From: Phoronis australis | Taxonomy: Eukaryota; Animalia; Phoronida | Assembly (NCBI GenBank): GCA_002633005.1 | Contig: NMRA01000341.1 | Location: 1-64,000, forward strand | DNA: 64,000 nucleotides | Direction of reading: 5' to 3' | Shown: positions 41,030 to 53,274 of the stretch, one piece after another | Layout of the letters: the number at the start of each line of letters is the position of its first letter | How positions within the stretch are numbered: position 1 is the first letter of the stretch | The notes under the pieces: model-generated | What the model saw: only the letters and a program-made list of their open reading frames with translations | Told to the model about the DNA's origin: nothing | The model's database searches: none | Translations under genes and position numbers: made by a program

Positions 41030-43120
41030 TAGTGGCGACGTGTTTCAAGAACGCATGGATTCTGTCTTCGGAGAATTGCACGGAGTCAGTGGAATAGTCG
41101 ATGACACTATCCTGTATGCCAAGGATGAAGCGACCCATGACCTGAGGATGACCAACTTCCTTATAAAAGAATATCGTTAAATTAAACCTTGATAAACTCT
41201 AGTTTAAACTTAAGGAAGCCTCATGCTTTGGCTTAAGTGGACACCTGTGGGCATAAGACCAGACGAAAAGAAGACGTGTGCCTTTGCTAATATGGAACAC
41301 CCGAAGAACACCAGTGAACTTCGCTCTGAAACTACCTCAATCGGTTCTCTACCATCATAGCTCGTGTCTGTACGATTACGTCACTTGTTGTAATCGGATG
41401 CTCCGTTTCTGTGGCAAGATGAGCAGGAAACAGCCTTCGACGAGGTAAAGGACCTTTTGACAAGTTTCCCAGTGCTGAAGTACTTCGATTCCAGAAAGAC
41501 AGTGTGATTCAATCCGATGCAGTCTCAATAGACTTGGGTGTGCTTTACTCCAGGATGGGCCTGTTTACTATGCTCGTCGTTCTTTGTCTGAGACAGAAAT
41601 GAGATATAGCAACATTGAAAGAGAGCTCCTCGCAGCCTGTTAGCCATTGGAAAAACTTCACCACTTCATTTATGGCAAACGCCTAACTCTGGAAACAGAT
41701 CACAAGCCATAATTGGAAAGCATCTGGAAGAAATCTATAGTTAAAGCGTCCCCTCGATTACAGCGCCTCCTTTTGAGGATGTCTAGATACAATATAGATG
41801 AGAAGTATATCGCTGGAGTTACTAATACAGCTGCAGATACCTTATCCCATGTCAATAACATGAATATGCCGGACCCCTACCAAGCTTCAGGAGATTAGAC
41901 ACTATATGAGTTAACAGCTACCGATGTAGGACTCTCACCTCAAGGGTGTCGTGTTTAATGGTTGGCGCGAAACCATTAAAAATTGTCCTCAAGAAGTGAG
42001 GGAGTACTGGAATTTCAGGGAGGACATCAGTGTGGAAAAGGTTTACTTGTCAAGGGGCACCGGGTTACTATTCCCCCACCGAGACAAGCGTTATAGCTGA
42101 TTTTTCAGGGGCATCTTGGAGTTGAGATAAGTTTGCTGATGGTCAAAGAGGGTGTATTCTGGCCCGGTATATGCAGTTAAATAAAGCTGATGACCCAAAC
42201 CTGTCGTGTGTGCTTAGAATTCTCTAAGCAGCAAAAAATACTACTGCACGCCATACCGACATACCCCTGACAACGTGTTGGCCCAAATTTATTTGACTTC
42301 CAGGGAGCTACGTATCTGGTTGTTGCTGACTACCACAGCAAATTCCCGTTCATGAGGCTATTGGAGAATACTTCATCTAATTCAGTTATCAGTCATCTTA
42401 AGTCCAGTTTTTGCGGAAAATGGCATTCCCAAAGTGATCGTCATGGCCCGCAGTACAATTCAAAAGAGTTTGCTGAATTTTGTACGGTGTTGGGGATTAC
42501 TCATACCATCAGCTCGCGCTGTACTCTCAGAGTAACGGTTTTGCCGAAAGAATGATGCAAAACGTGAAACAGATCCTGAAAAAGACACATAAAACCGGTG
42601 AAGATTTGTATCTTGCGATGCTGAACTACCGTACTACCCCTGTTAAGAACCAGTTGCCCTCCTCGGCAACTACGCTCAATTCCAGAAGATATCGTACCCA
42701 ATTACCTTGCAGACGATCACACGGTGTCGAGGAAAGTGTGAAACAACTGCAGGTGCGCCAAGATCGCTAAACGGCGTATTACGACCAAGGAGCACGATCA
42801 AAAGAGATGCTAGACGTCCATACCTAACAGCCAGTTGTCGTTTACCAACCCAGCTCTAAGACCTGGACACCGGTTACTGTTATGAAAAAGGCTGACGAGC
42901 TACGCTCATTGAGAAAACTCCGGATGGTGGTGAATACCGTCGCAACCGCTCTATGATCAAACCGTTGGAGTCGTCGTCATATTGTCCTGTCCCAGACTCC
43001 GAACCCGTTCAAGAGCTACCTCTGGCACCCAGCACGCCTATAAATACTAGCAGTCAGCCGACTGCCCACCGCACCAGGAGCAACCGTGAGTTTCATCCAC
43101 CCAAACGATGTATGGACTAG
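41030..43120 (+). mobile_element. Decayed Ty3/Gypsy pol (RT C-half, RNase H, integrase), probably Mag-type
   Basis: FQERMD...GIVDD (RT), YSNIERELLA...ETDHKP...SPRLQRLLL (RNase H), GHLG, FWPG, GPQY.S.EF and QSNGFAER (integrase). Many stops and frameshifts; no LTR pair seen. Confidence 0.92.
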
Positions 43121-43252
43121 TGTGTTATCGTGTTTTACCTTTAACTGACCCTTGGTCTTATTGTTAAGCTTCAGTAACCTTGATATTAGTCTAGTTCTTG
43201 CTGTTTAGCTTTAGTGACAATGCCTGCTATTGCCTAGGTACATCTTTATTAT

Positions 43253-43360
43253 TCGTTTGGTCACTGTTATGGCACACATGGGCCTATCGTTTGGTCACTG
43301 TTATGGCACACATGAGCCTATCGTTTGGTCACTGTTATGGCACACATGGGCCTATCGTTT
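43253..43360. repeat. 34-bp tandem triplication
   Basis: tcgtttggtcactgttatggcacacatgrgccta at 43253, 43287, 43321. Confidence 0.9.
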
Positions 43361-45879
43361 GATCAATGAACATTGAACCTTGATTACTTGTCTGATTTTT
43401 CCGATTTGGTTCAGCCCTCAGGATGACAACTGTTGGCGGGCCCCAGGAGATAACTCTCCACCCAGGGCATTATGAAACGTCTGAAGTAGAAATTTATGAA
43501 ACAAATCACGTTAAAAATTACTGTGATCAACGGGAATGTAGCAGAACTGCTGAATGTTGGAATTTTGTCAGTAATTACGGGAACATATTCATCAGCATAC
43601 ATATTCCGAACGATGTCAAAATTGAAACTCGTATTCTGGAAAATCTTTTCAGTTCTGCTGATATCCATGACAATCAATGCAAGCATCAGGAAATATTTTT
43701 AAATTTTAAAATTAAATGTATTACCTGAAATTGTTTTCACAAGGGTGATTTTTGTGGTTTAAATATAAGTCTAACTTTCTGTTGCCAAATGATCGCTACT
43801 AAATACAGCTGCTTATACAATACTACCGTTTTTTTTTTGAAATTCCGCGCACTTTTCATCGTAAAAAGGGTCAGCACAGACGGATAGTTTCGAGCTGTTT
43901 GCCTCAAGTGACCCATAACTTTAAGGTGTGAAAATACGACAACAATTGAATGGGCTAGCCGCTAGTTCATTCGCTATACTCTCGCCTTGGCCTGAGCTAT
44001 AGTTCACTTGAGATCAGTAGCTCACCTCGTAGCTGTCCGTCTGCGCTAGCCCTTAAAAACGAAATGTGTCAAATGCGAAACAAGATGAAAATGTCTGTCA
44101 TTGGTAGCTAATAATTCTTGCTGCTAAGTCAGATGTATGTTAAATAACTTTTTGAGAATCAAATGCTTTCCAATTATACCGATGATCTATAAAAATTTTG
44201 CAAATTGAGAGATGATATTGTTGTTAGTTAGTTTGGTAATATAATTCTGTTTACAAATAATTTAAAATGTTTGAACATTTGACTCCAAATTTCATCATCA
44301 TGAAACGCGCATAAATTCAGAAGTTACTCTTAAATTTGCATTTAATATAAAACATAAAAACAAGTGTTTTGTGACTTACTGCAACCTCTGGAAATGGCAT
44401 TTAATTGTTTTATTCTACAATCCCCTCTCACCCTAATGCTCACAAGAGTGTTTTTTTGGTGTTTATGTTGCCTTACTGGCCACGTCTAGCAAGCACATTA
44501 CATCTACACTTCGTGATATTGACGTTGTGTTGAAGGAATTAGGCATGCAGGTCTAACTCATTGAGTACACTTAGAACATTTAGATCTCATATTAGCTACA
44601 TGTAACTTCAGGAAACCCGATATGTATGACATTTCTGAATATGCTATTACAATGATAAGTGTGATTTTTAAAATAATTCGTACCGAGTAGTACGCCAGGC
44701 GTTTGTGAAAGTCAGTGTTCTTGTAAATACAAGTCAACCACGCAGTCTTTGAAGAAGTGTGCGATCGTCCTCGAAGAACATGGAGTATCAAATGTGTCCG
44801 TTTTATCACTTAACATACCACGTAGATAAATTAAACTTATGCATGCTCCCAGCTGTTTTGTAAAAGAAACACAGGCAGACAGTGCCATCATTTGCCTGGG
44901 TGCTTGGATAGACGAAAGTTTGATAAGAAAAGAAAAAATCCATGTCAAGTGAAAGAAAATTTCTGAGCGTATTGGAGCGTATTGTCATTCAAGCTTTAGA
45001 ATTTTTAGATTTAAGGTCTGGTTCTTCCAATTTTTGTCCACTGCAGCATTATTGGATAGATTCCAAATCCTAAATGTCACGACTGGCAGAGTAATTTTGG
45101 CAATGCGCGGTCAAAGTGTCGGAGTCAGGTATTTTACTGATATCACAATACTGGACTTCAGCTGTACGCAGACCATTCGCACCGTTGCAACATATACAAT
45201 TTGACTAAAAAAGATCTCTACACAGACATGCAACAAGAAATAGTATCAATTCTTAAACTTCGGTCCCCAAAGGTCAACGATAATTTGCATATCGTGAATC
45301 AGTCTCGTTCCAAGCCTCAAGATGCTACTGATCGGTTCAGCCATTTGAGGCTTGGTTGTGAGAAATGAAATGTCTCAGAATTTTGCCACATTTTTACGGA
45401 AATTGCCGGAATATTACAAGTAATATAATTTTTGAAAATTTCTGCAGTTTTCTCCATGAAAATATGAAGATATTGAAACCAAGGAGTTGCGCAGACTAGA
45501 AAAACTTGCGGTCAGAGAGCAGAAGGCTAATCAGGACATCAATTTTCTTAAGAACTGTCGGGCTCTTGGAGTGTTCCCTAAATTCTTATGCTTTCGTTTA
45601 CCCAATACATCACCTCATGATGTTCATGCCATCAGGAAAAGACTTCTCAGGAGCGCTATCACAAAAAGGGAAAAAGAAGCAAGAACTATACGGCGAGATA
45701 AGAACAAACTATTAGAAACACTAAATAAATCAATGACACCCATCGACATCTGTATCCTGAACCGACGTATTTCCCGTAATGTTGAAAAGGCAAGAATCAG
45801 AACCATCAAAGTGCATGAAAATAAGCTCAAGAAGCTGACCCGTAACACGGTATTGCCTTTCACTCCCGATGAGGTCATC

Positions 45880-46071
45880 NNNNNNNNNNNNNNNNNNNNN
45901 NNNNNNNNNNNNNNNNNNNNNNNNNNNNNNNNNNNNNNNNNNNNNNNNNNNNNNNNNNNNNNNNNNNNNNNNNNNNNNNNNNNNNNNNNNNNNNNNNNNN
46001 NNNNNNNNNNNNNNNNNNNNNNNNNNNNNNNNNNNNNNNNNNNNNNNNNNNNNNNNNNNNNNNNNNNNNNN
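45880..46071. other. Assembly gap
   Basis: Run of N. Confidence 1.
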
Positions 46072-46442
46072 GTATACAAATTTATCTGTGCTGGATGTGG
46101 CTCCAGTTATATAGGCGAAACTGTTCGCCATTTGAAAACCAGGACCAAGGAACATCTAAATTCTGACAGTAATTCACATGTAAATATTCACCTGCAGAGC
46201 TCCAATCATTGTTATCAGCAGTGCTCTTTCAATGACTTTGCAATAATAGACCAGGCAGTAACAACAAAGGAGCTTAAAATTCGTGAGGCTTTACATATCA
46301 GTTGGTGCAAGCCCAATCTCAATAGGCAACTGACACACCACAGGTTGTCATTGTTGGTGTAGTTCATTGTCACTCCCTGTAACTGACTCTATCTGTGCTT
46401 CATTACTTGTTGCTGGGCCTAGCTAGGTGGCCACTGTATTAT

Positions 46443-46490
46443 GACTTCTGAGGATGGTGTTTAATAAATGACACCGAAACATGTCAAGTT
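46443..46490 (+). ncRNA. Minimal type I hammerhead ribozyme in the Penelope 3' repeat
   Basis: gactt-CTGAGGA-t-ggtgt(ttaataaatg)acacc-GAAA-catGTC-aagtt: complete core, stems I and II, and the short palindromic stem III (ACATGT) typical of PLE hammerheads. Confidence 0.8.
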
Positions 46491-47814
46491 TTAAAACCGT
46501 TGTTGTTTTCGTGAACATATTCTGCAGTTTTATATAAAAAATGAAAACCAACGGTATATTGCAGCAATTTAGGTCTAAATTATTGCAAAAATCACGTATT
46601 TTGATTCGAAAACACATTAATTTCTATGATACTATTAATAAAATAGAAGTGAAATTAAGTACGCGAACAACCTTTATCTCAAACAATAACCGAAACAATG
46701 CCCTACTGCTTCATGAATAGCAACAACAACGACTGTGAAATGATTAAAATCAGCCTTTGTTTTAATGACGTCAAGGCAGCGGCCAATCATTGCGCAGAAG
46801 GTAATTCACATACATGTAACCAAGCGTCAAATGGCTAAACCGATCAGCGTCATTTTGAGGCTTGGGGACGAGGCTGATCGTGAATCACTCTTTACAATGA
46901 ACAAACTTGATTAAATCTCAACAGCAACAACTAAGTTGAAAATGAAATATATTGTCGCCGCGTCAAAAATTTGTTGAAATTCCCTACACGTCATTCAGTG
47001 TCTATGTCCTCCGGTATTGATGTCACCGACGTAACGTAAATCGGTAAATCTGGAAAAATAATTAAAAGCCGCTTAAACACAAAACTGATATCGAACAATG
47101 AATTAAATCCGTCTTCTTAAGGGTTTCAATTGTTAATTTAATTAGAGTTGACTTTTCACTGAAACATGTAAGTTTCGCATTTTTGCTTTGTTTCTGTAAC
47201 GGCGACCGCCCAAACATTTTTCAAATTTGTAAAATGCAAAGAACAAAATACAAAAAATAGAAGATAATTTAATATTAATAATTTAAAAATAATTTAGAAA
47301 TGTTGAAGAGTCATAAATCCGTGGGTTCTGTCAAAAAGCACTTTGGAAAAATGTGCATAAACCGTACTATCTAAAAGTTTGACACGAATCTGTCTCCGCT
47401 TTTCGGTTACTAATACAGTTCTAACTTGTAAGAGTGTGAGAAGTGTGACCCCCCGGCCAATAACTCATTTACGCAGGTAAACTACGAAAATGTTGAGCAT
47501 GGACAGAAAAAAATACGCAGAGAGGTTCATTAAAATGAGAGTTATAAAATTTCATTGAGGTATTCTGCGTAAACTAAGGAAACTATTTCATTTTTTGCGA
47601 GAAACACCACATCGAAAACAAGTTCACGGATATCACTGCAGGAACATTGAGTCTCGCGCTGTACGCACGAGGATTTCTGACTAATTAGGCCCAGAATAAA
47701 ACATTTAAACAGATATCTACTGAATATTTACGAACCAGTATTGTCTGTGAGAAAATAGTTGGTAATGTATTTTTTTGTAATTGGGTGATTGATCTCGTCC
47801 ATTTATTGCGTTAA

Positions 47815-48530
47815 GCAATGGCACTATATTACTGTGCAGTATATTGCTGTGCGCCATAATTTTGTGCACTATATTATTGTGCACTATGTTACTATACAAT
47901 GTATTACTGTGCACCACATTATCATCCACTACATTTTTGTGCACTATATTCCGTGCACTATATTTTTCTGCACTATATACTGTGCGTTGTATTATTATGC
48001 ACTTTATTACTGTACGATGTATCATTGTACGCTACATTAACGTGCCCTGTATTCTTGTGCACAATATTATCGTGCATTAAATTATTGTGCACTACATTAT
48101 TGTGCCCAGTATTTCTGCATAGTATTTTATTGTACAATATTTAATTGTGCACTATCTCGCTGTACAACATTATATTGTTCACCTCGTTTTTGTGCACCAT
48201 GCTATTTGTACAATATACATGTATCACTGTGCACTTTATTATTATGTAATATATTACGGTACAGTATGTTATCGTACATTACATTCTTGTGCATTATATT
48301 ATTGCTCATTATATTAATTTGCACTACATTATTGTGTATTGTATTGTATTGTATTATTGTGACTATATTGTTGTGCGCTATAATTTTGCAGTACATTATT
48401 GTGCACTATATTACTGCATTATTTATTGCATTGTTGAACAATATATACTTGTGCACTATATTACTGTGCACTGTATTTTCGTTTTCTATAATTTTATGCA
48501 ATACGTTATTGTTGCTTTTACTGTATTGTG
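47815..48530. repeat. Degenerate ~15-bp tandem repeat
   Basis: Variants of attattgtgcactat. Confidence 0.85.
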
Positions 48531-49800
48531 TGTGTTTGGCCTGTTGAAGTCATGTTGGTTTTATTATATTGTGTGTGCTTGACCTGATTAATAGTTGTGT
48601 TGATTTTATTTGATTGTGTGTGTCTGGCCTAATGAATAGTTGTGTTCGTTTTATTATATTGAGTGTGTCTGACTTGTTGTATAGTTGAATTGGTTTTGTT
48701 ATATTGTGTGTGTCTGACCTGAAGAATAGTTGAATTGGTTTTATTATATTGTGAGTGTCTGACCTGCTGAATCTTTGTGTTGGTTTATTGTATTTTATGT
48801 GTCTGGCCTGTTGACTAGTTGTATTGGTTGTATTATATAGTGTGTGCTTCACCTATATTGATGAGTACTGTTGGTTTTATTATATTTTGTGTGTCTGGCC
48901 CGTTGAATAGTTGTGTTGGTTTTAATACATTGTGTGTGCCTGACCTGTTGAATAGTTCTGTTGGTTTTATAATATTGTGTGTGCCTGACCTGTTGAATAG
49001 TTCTGTTGGTTTTTTATAATATTGTGTGTGCCTGACCTGTTGAATAGTTCTGTTGGTTTTATAGTATTGGGTGTGCCTGACCTGTTGAATAGTTCTGTTG
49101 GTTTTATAATATTGGGTGCGTCTGACTTGTTGAATAGTTGAATTGGTTTTATTATATTGTTGTGTCTGACTAGTTGAATAACTCTATTGGACTTATTATA
49201 TTATGTGTGTCTGGCCTGTTGAATAGTTGTGTTGGTTTTATAATATTGTTGTGTCTGACTAGTTGAATAACTCTATTGGACTTATTATATTATGTGTGTC
49301 TGGCCTCTTGAATAGTTGTGTTGGTTTTATAATATTGTTGTGTCTGACTAGTTGAATAACTCTATTGGACTTATTATATTATGTGTGTCTGACCTGTTGA
49401 ATAGTTGTGTTGGTTTTATTATATTGTGTGTGTCTGACCTGTTGAATAGTTGTATTGGTTTTATTATATTATGTGTCTAGCCTGTTGAATAGTTGTGCTG
49501 GCTTCATTATATCGAGTGTGTCTGACTTGTTGAATAGTTGTGTTGGTGTAATTATATCGTGTGTGTCTGATCTGGTAAATAGTTGTATTGGTTTTATTTT
49601 ATTTTGTGTGTTTGGCCTGATGAATAGTTGAATTGGTTTTATTACATGGTGTGCGTCTGACCTGTTGAATAGGTGTGTTGGTTTTATTATGTTGAGAGGT
49701 GTGTCTGACCAGTTGAATAGTCGTGTCGGTTCTATTATCTTGTTTGTCTGGCCTGTTGAATAGTTGTGTTGGTTTTATTATATTGTGAGTGTGACTGAGC
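48530..49800. repeat. ~45-bp tandem array, ~28 diverged copies
   Basis: ttgtgttggttttattatattgtgtgtgtctgacctgttgaatag units. Confidence 0.93.
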
Positions 49801-50035
49801 TGTACAAATGTAACGATCGTGTTGTGTTATAGTGTCTTTCTGGAAGTTATTTGTTTGCATGTTTTTTGCTTACCCACGTTCTTCACTGTTGTCACAAATG
49901 CATGTACCCAAAATGAGTTGTTAAACAATCGCTGCTTTGTGCCATGTTCAGTTTGGCCAGTTGCTCATGTCGCTGATTTTTCTGACAAGAGAGGAAGATT
50001 TTAAAAACCTGGCGAGTAGATATCCCCATGCTATC

Positions 50036-51442
50036 AATGAGCCATGCACTGTCAATGCATGGCACTGATCAGCCATGCATTCTCAATGTACATGTATGAC
50101 ACCGGTGAGCCATGCACTCTCGATGCATGGGAGTAATGTGCCTTGCGCTCTCAATGCATGGCACTAATGAGGCATGCACTCTCAATACATGACACTAATG
50201 AGCCATGCACTCTCTCTGCATGGCACTGATGAGCCATGTACTCTCAATACATGACACTAATGAGCCATGCACTCTCAATGCATGGCATTAATGAGCCTTA
50301 CGCTCTCAGTGCATGGCACTAATACGGCATACACTTTCACTCCATGGCACAAATGAGCCATGCACTGTCAATGCATGTCACTAATGAGCCATGCACTCTC
50401 TCTGCATGGCACTGATGAGCCATGCACTCTCTCTGCATGGCACTGATGAGCCATGCACTCTCAATACATGACACTAATGAGCCATGCACTCTCAATGCAT
50501 GGCATTAATGAGCCTTACGCTCTCAATGCATGTCACTTATGAGCCATGCACTCTCTCTCTGCATGGCACTGATGAGCCATGCACTCTCAATACATGACAC
50601 TAATGAGCCATGCACTCTCAATGCGTGGCATTAATGAGCCATGCACTCTCAATACATGGCATTAATGAGCCATGCACTCTCAATGCATGGCATTAATGAG
50701 CCTTACGCTCCCAATGCATGGCACTAATACGGCATACACTTTCACTACATGGCACAAATGATCCATGCACTGTCAATGCATGGCGCTAATGAGCCATGCG
50801 CTCTCTCTGCATGGCACTAATGAGCCATGCACTCTCAATGCATGGCATTAATGAGCCTTACGCTCTAAGTGCATGGCACTAATACGGCATACACTTTCAT
50901 TCCATGGCACTGATGAGCCATGCACTCTCTCTGCATGGCACTGATGAGCCATGCACTCTCAATACATGACACTAATGAGCCATGCACTCTCAATGCATGG
51001 CATTAATGAGCCTTACGCTCTCAATGCATGTCACTTATGAGCCATGCACTCTCTCTCTGCATGGCACTGATGAGCCATGCACTCTCAATACATGACACTA
51101 ATGAGCCAAGCACTCTCAATGCATGGCATTAATGAGCCATGCACTCTCAATACATGGCATTAATGAGCCATGCACTCTCAATGCATGGCATTAATGAGCC
51201 TTACGCTCCCAATGCATGGCACTAATACGGCATACACTTTCAGTACATGGCACAAATGAGCCATGCACTGTCAATGCATGGCACTAATGAGCCATGCGCT
51301 CTCAATCCATGGCACTAATGAGCCATGCGCTGCCAATGCATGGCATTAATGAGCCATGAGCTCTCAAGCCATGGTACTAATGAGGCATGCACTCTCAATC
51401 CATGGCAGCAATGGTCGAGCCTTGCGCTCTCAATGCATGACA
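50036..51442. repeat. 31-bp hairpin-containing tandem array, ~45 copies
   Basis: atgaGCCATGCActctcaaTGCATGGCacta, with an 8-bp inverted repeat per unit. Confidence 0.95.
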
Positions 51443-51739
51443 CCAAATTGGGTGAAAGTAAACAATCAAAAGAACATTTGCTTAATCTTGAAACTCAAAA
51501 AACCATTATCTGAATGATTCCACGTAAAAAATGAAACTATAAAGATTTGATTTCAGCACCGCTCAAACTGAACGAAATTTTGATTTAACCCCTGTCAAAT
51601 ATATTCGACCGATTCTCATAATTTGATATTTTGCTATTTTCGATAAGCAACTGTCTGTTATTTTCAAGCTAATGAAATTTCACATTAAAATGATTTACTG
51701 CTGATAATGACGTGTACTTCCTGGTTTCTATTACTTTAG

Positions 51740-51982
51740 GTGCCAGCAGCGGTATTGGAAAAGCGACTGCGTTTGAGTTAGCGAAAAGAGGTGGTCGGAT
51801 TATCCTTGCTTGTCGAGATCGGGCTAAGACGGAGCCAGTAGTGAAGAAGATTGTAAAAGAGACAGGAAACCAGAACGTTGAGTTCAGACTGCTGGATCTA
51901 GCTTGTCAACGATCCATACGAGATTTCGCGAGAGAATTTATGGAAAACGAAGCCCGGCTTGATATACTGATTAACAATGCAG
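51740..51982 (+). CDS. RDH-like SDR, coding exon 2
   Basis: GASSGIGKATAFELAKRGGRIILACRD...LDLA...LDILINNA. Phase matches exon 1. Confidence 0.96.
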
Positions 51983-53116
51983 GTGATTCCAACTTTGGAA
52001 GCATTTTAGAAAATTAAGCTGACTTTTAACGATGCATTTTCATCGCGTGTCGAATCCATATTTGCCAGTGACTGTGTTTTATATCCCGTTCACAACCTGC
52101 CTAACACGCTAGCTTTTTCGCTAGCTCATTTCTAAGACATGTAGCAAAACGCTAATAATGTGAATGGCTAGCATTTTTAAGTAATAAATATCAATCTGAA
52201 AATTTCTGCTTCAACCATCACTCGAATCCGGGACCTCTTGATTCCCGGTTGGGGAAGAAATCTTTTCAGACCTGTGTTTATAAGGTCACATGATGTGGCG
52301 TACTGACCTGACTTAGAAACGTTGGAATTTTCAGCAGCATCTTTGTAGCCGGAATGCTTACGCGCGCAGGTATAAACGGCCTTAGTTTATCGTAGCATTA
52401 GTCGATTTACGGCGGAGATGAATGAAAATGTTTGGATATCAATTTTGCTTTAAAAAGATTCGGGTGATGAGGAAACAAACTAACGGTTGGCGGAAATGAC
52501 TATTGTTGGGTGGGACAGCATACATTTTTAAGAATTCTATTCGTTGATGAGGAATTCAAATTTTCGATTCCATTCCTGTGTGCCACAGTAATCAATATTT
52601 TTCTCAACCACAAATGCTTACACTGTAGCTTACCACGGTACCAATTTTAGCAAATTCGTTATGAAAAAGTCAACAGGGTCAACCTTTTATTTCTTTTCAT
52701 GTCAGATTTTCCTCTAAGAAAATGAAAGTGTCAATTTTTTGGTGACAATCACGACGATGTTCCCTGATACTGAATGTTAAATATATATAATACTCTCCAA
52801 CAGATACAAATAAGTCGTTACCTTATAAAACAGCCAATGGCGAAAATTGGAACCAATGATCGAATCAAAATGGGCGCTAACGTATCCATGTCGAAATTCG
52901 TCGCTCCCACGTTGCGATTCCATTACAATTCAGTAAGTCGTCACATCCTTAAAATGACGTCTTTTCAGACTTTCCGTCGTATAAAAACGCTTGCGTATTA
53001 GATCTTCATTGAGATTCGTGTGCCGCAAGTGCAGTTGAGTGCGAAGGCAATAGAAACTTTGTGTTCTACACAAAATACCCATAGGATTTACTCCAATCCA
53101 TGCCATTGTTTTGCAG

Positions 53117-53274
53117 CTTACGAAGGGCCCAAAAGCACCACAGAAGATGGTCTGGAGATGTCACTCGGTGTCAATCACGTTGGTCATTTCTTGCTTACGA
53201 GGTTGTTGTTGCCGAAGTTACGAATGTCATCTCCCAGTCGAATAATTGTTGTGTCCTCCGACATCTATTCAAAG
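53117..53274 (+). CDS. RDH-like SDR, coding exon 3
   Basis: (A)YEGPKSTTEDGLEMSLGVNHVGHFLLTRLLLPKLRMSSPSRIIVVSSDIYSK. Confidence 0.95.

Larger units (their letters stand above)
45430..46520 (+). mobile_element. Penelope-like retroelement (N-terminus and GIY-YIG endonuclease; RT region hidden by gap or deleted)
   Basis: FLKNCRALGVFPKFL N-terminal motif; VYKFICAGCGSSYIGETVRHLKTRTKEH...LKIREALHI...PNLNRQ is a GIY-YIG domain ending at 46362. Confidence 0.92.
45300..46876. mobile_element. TIR DNA element with a 9-bp TSD (AcademH- or MULE-like), containing a Penelope element
   Basis: Imperfect TIRs of ~58 bp: cagtctcgttccaagcctcaagatg...ccatttgaggcttggtt and aaccaagcgtcaaatgg...cattttgaggcttggggacgaggctg. 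ATCGTGAAT lies at 45291-45299 and 46877-46885. Confidence 0.8.

Noticed and set aside
43411-43728. Overlapping 68-101-aa ORFs
   Set aside because: No recognisable motifs or splice context; they lie in AT-rich intronic sequence.
50036-51442. Hammerhead or CRISPR-like array (CTGATGA + hairpin)
   Set aside because: Some units read ctgatga plus a stem-loop, but the required GAAA and stem III/NUH are missing, and there are no variable spacers.
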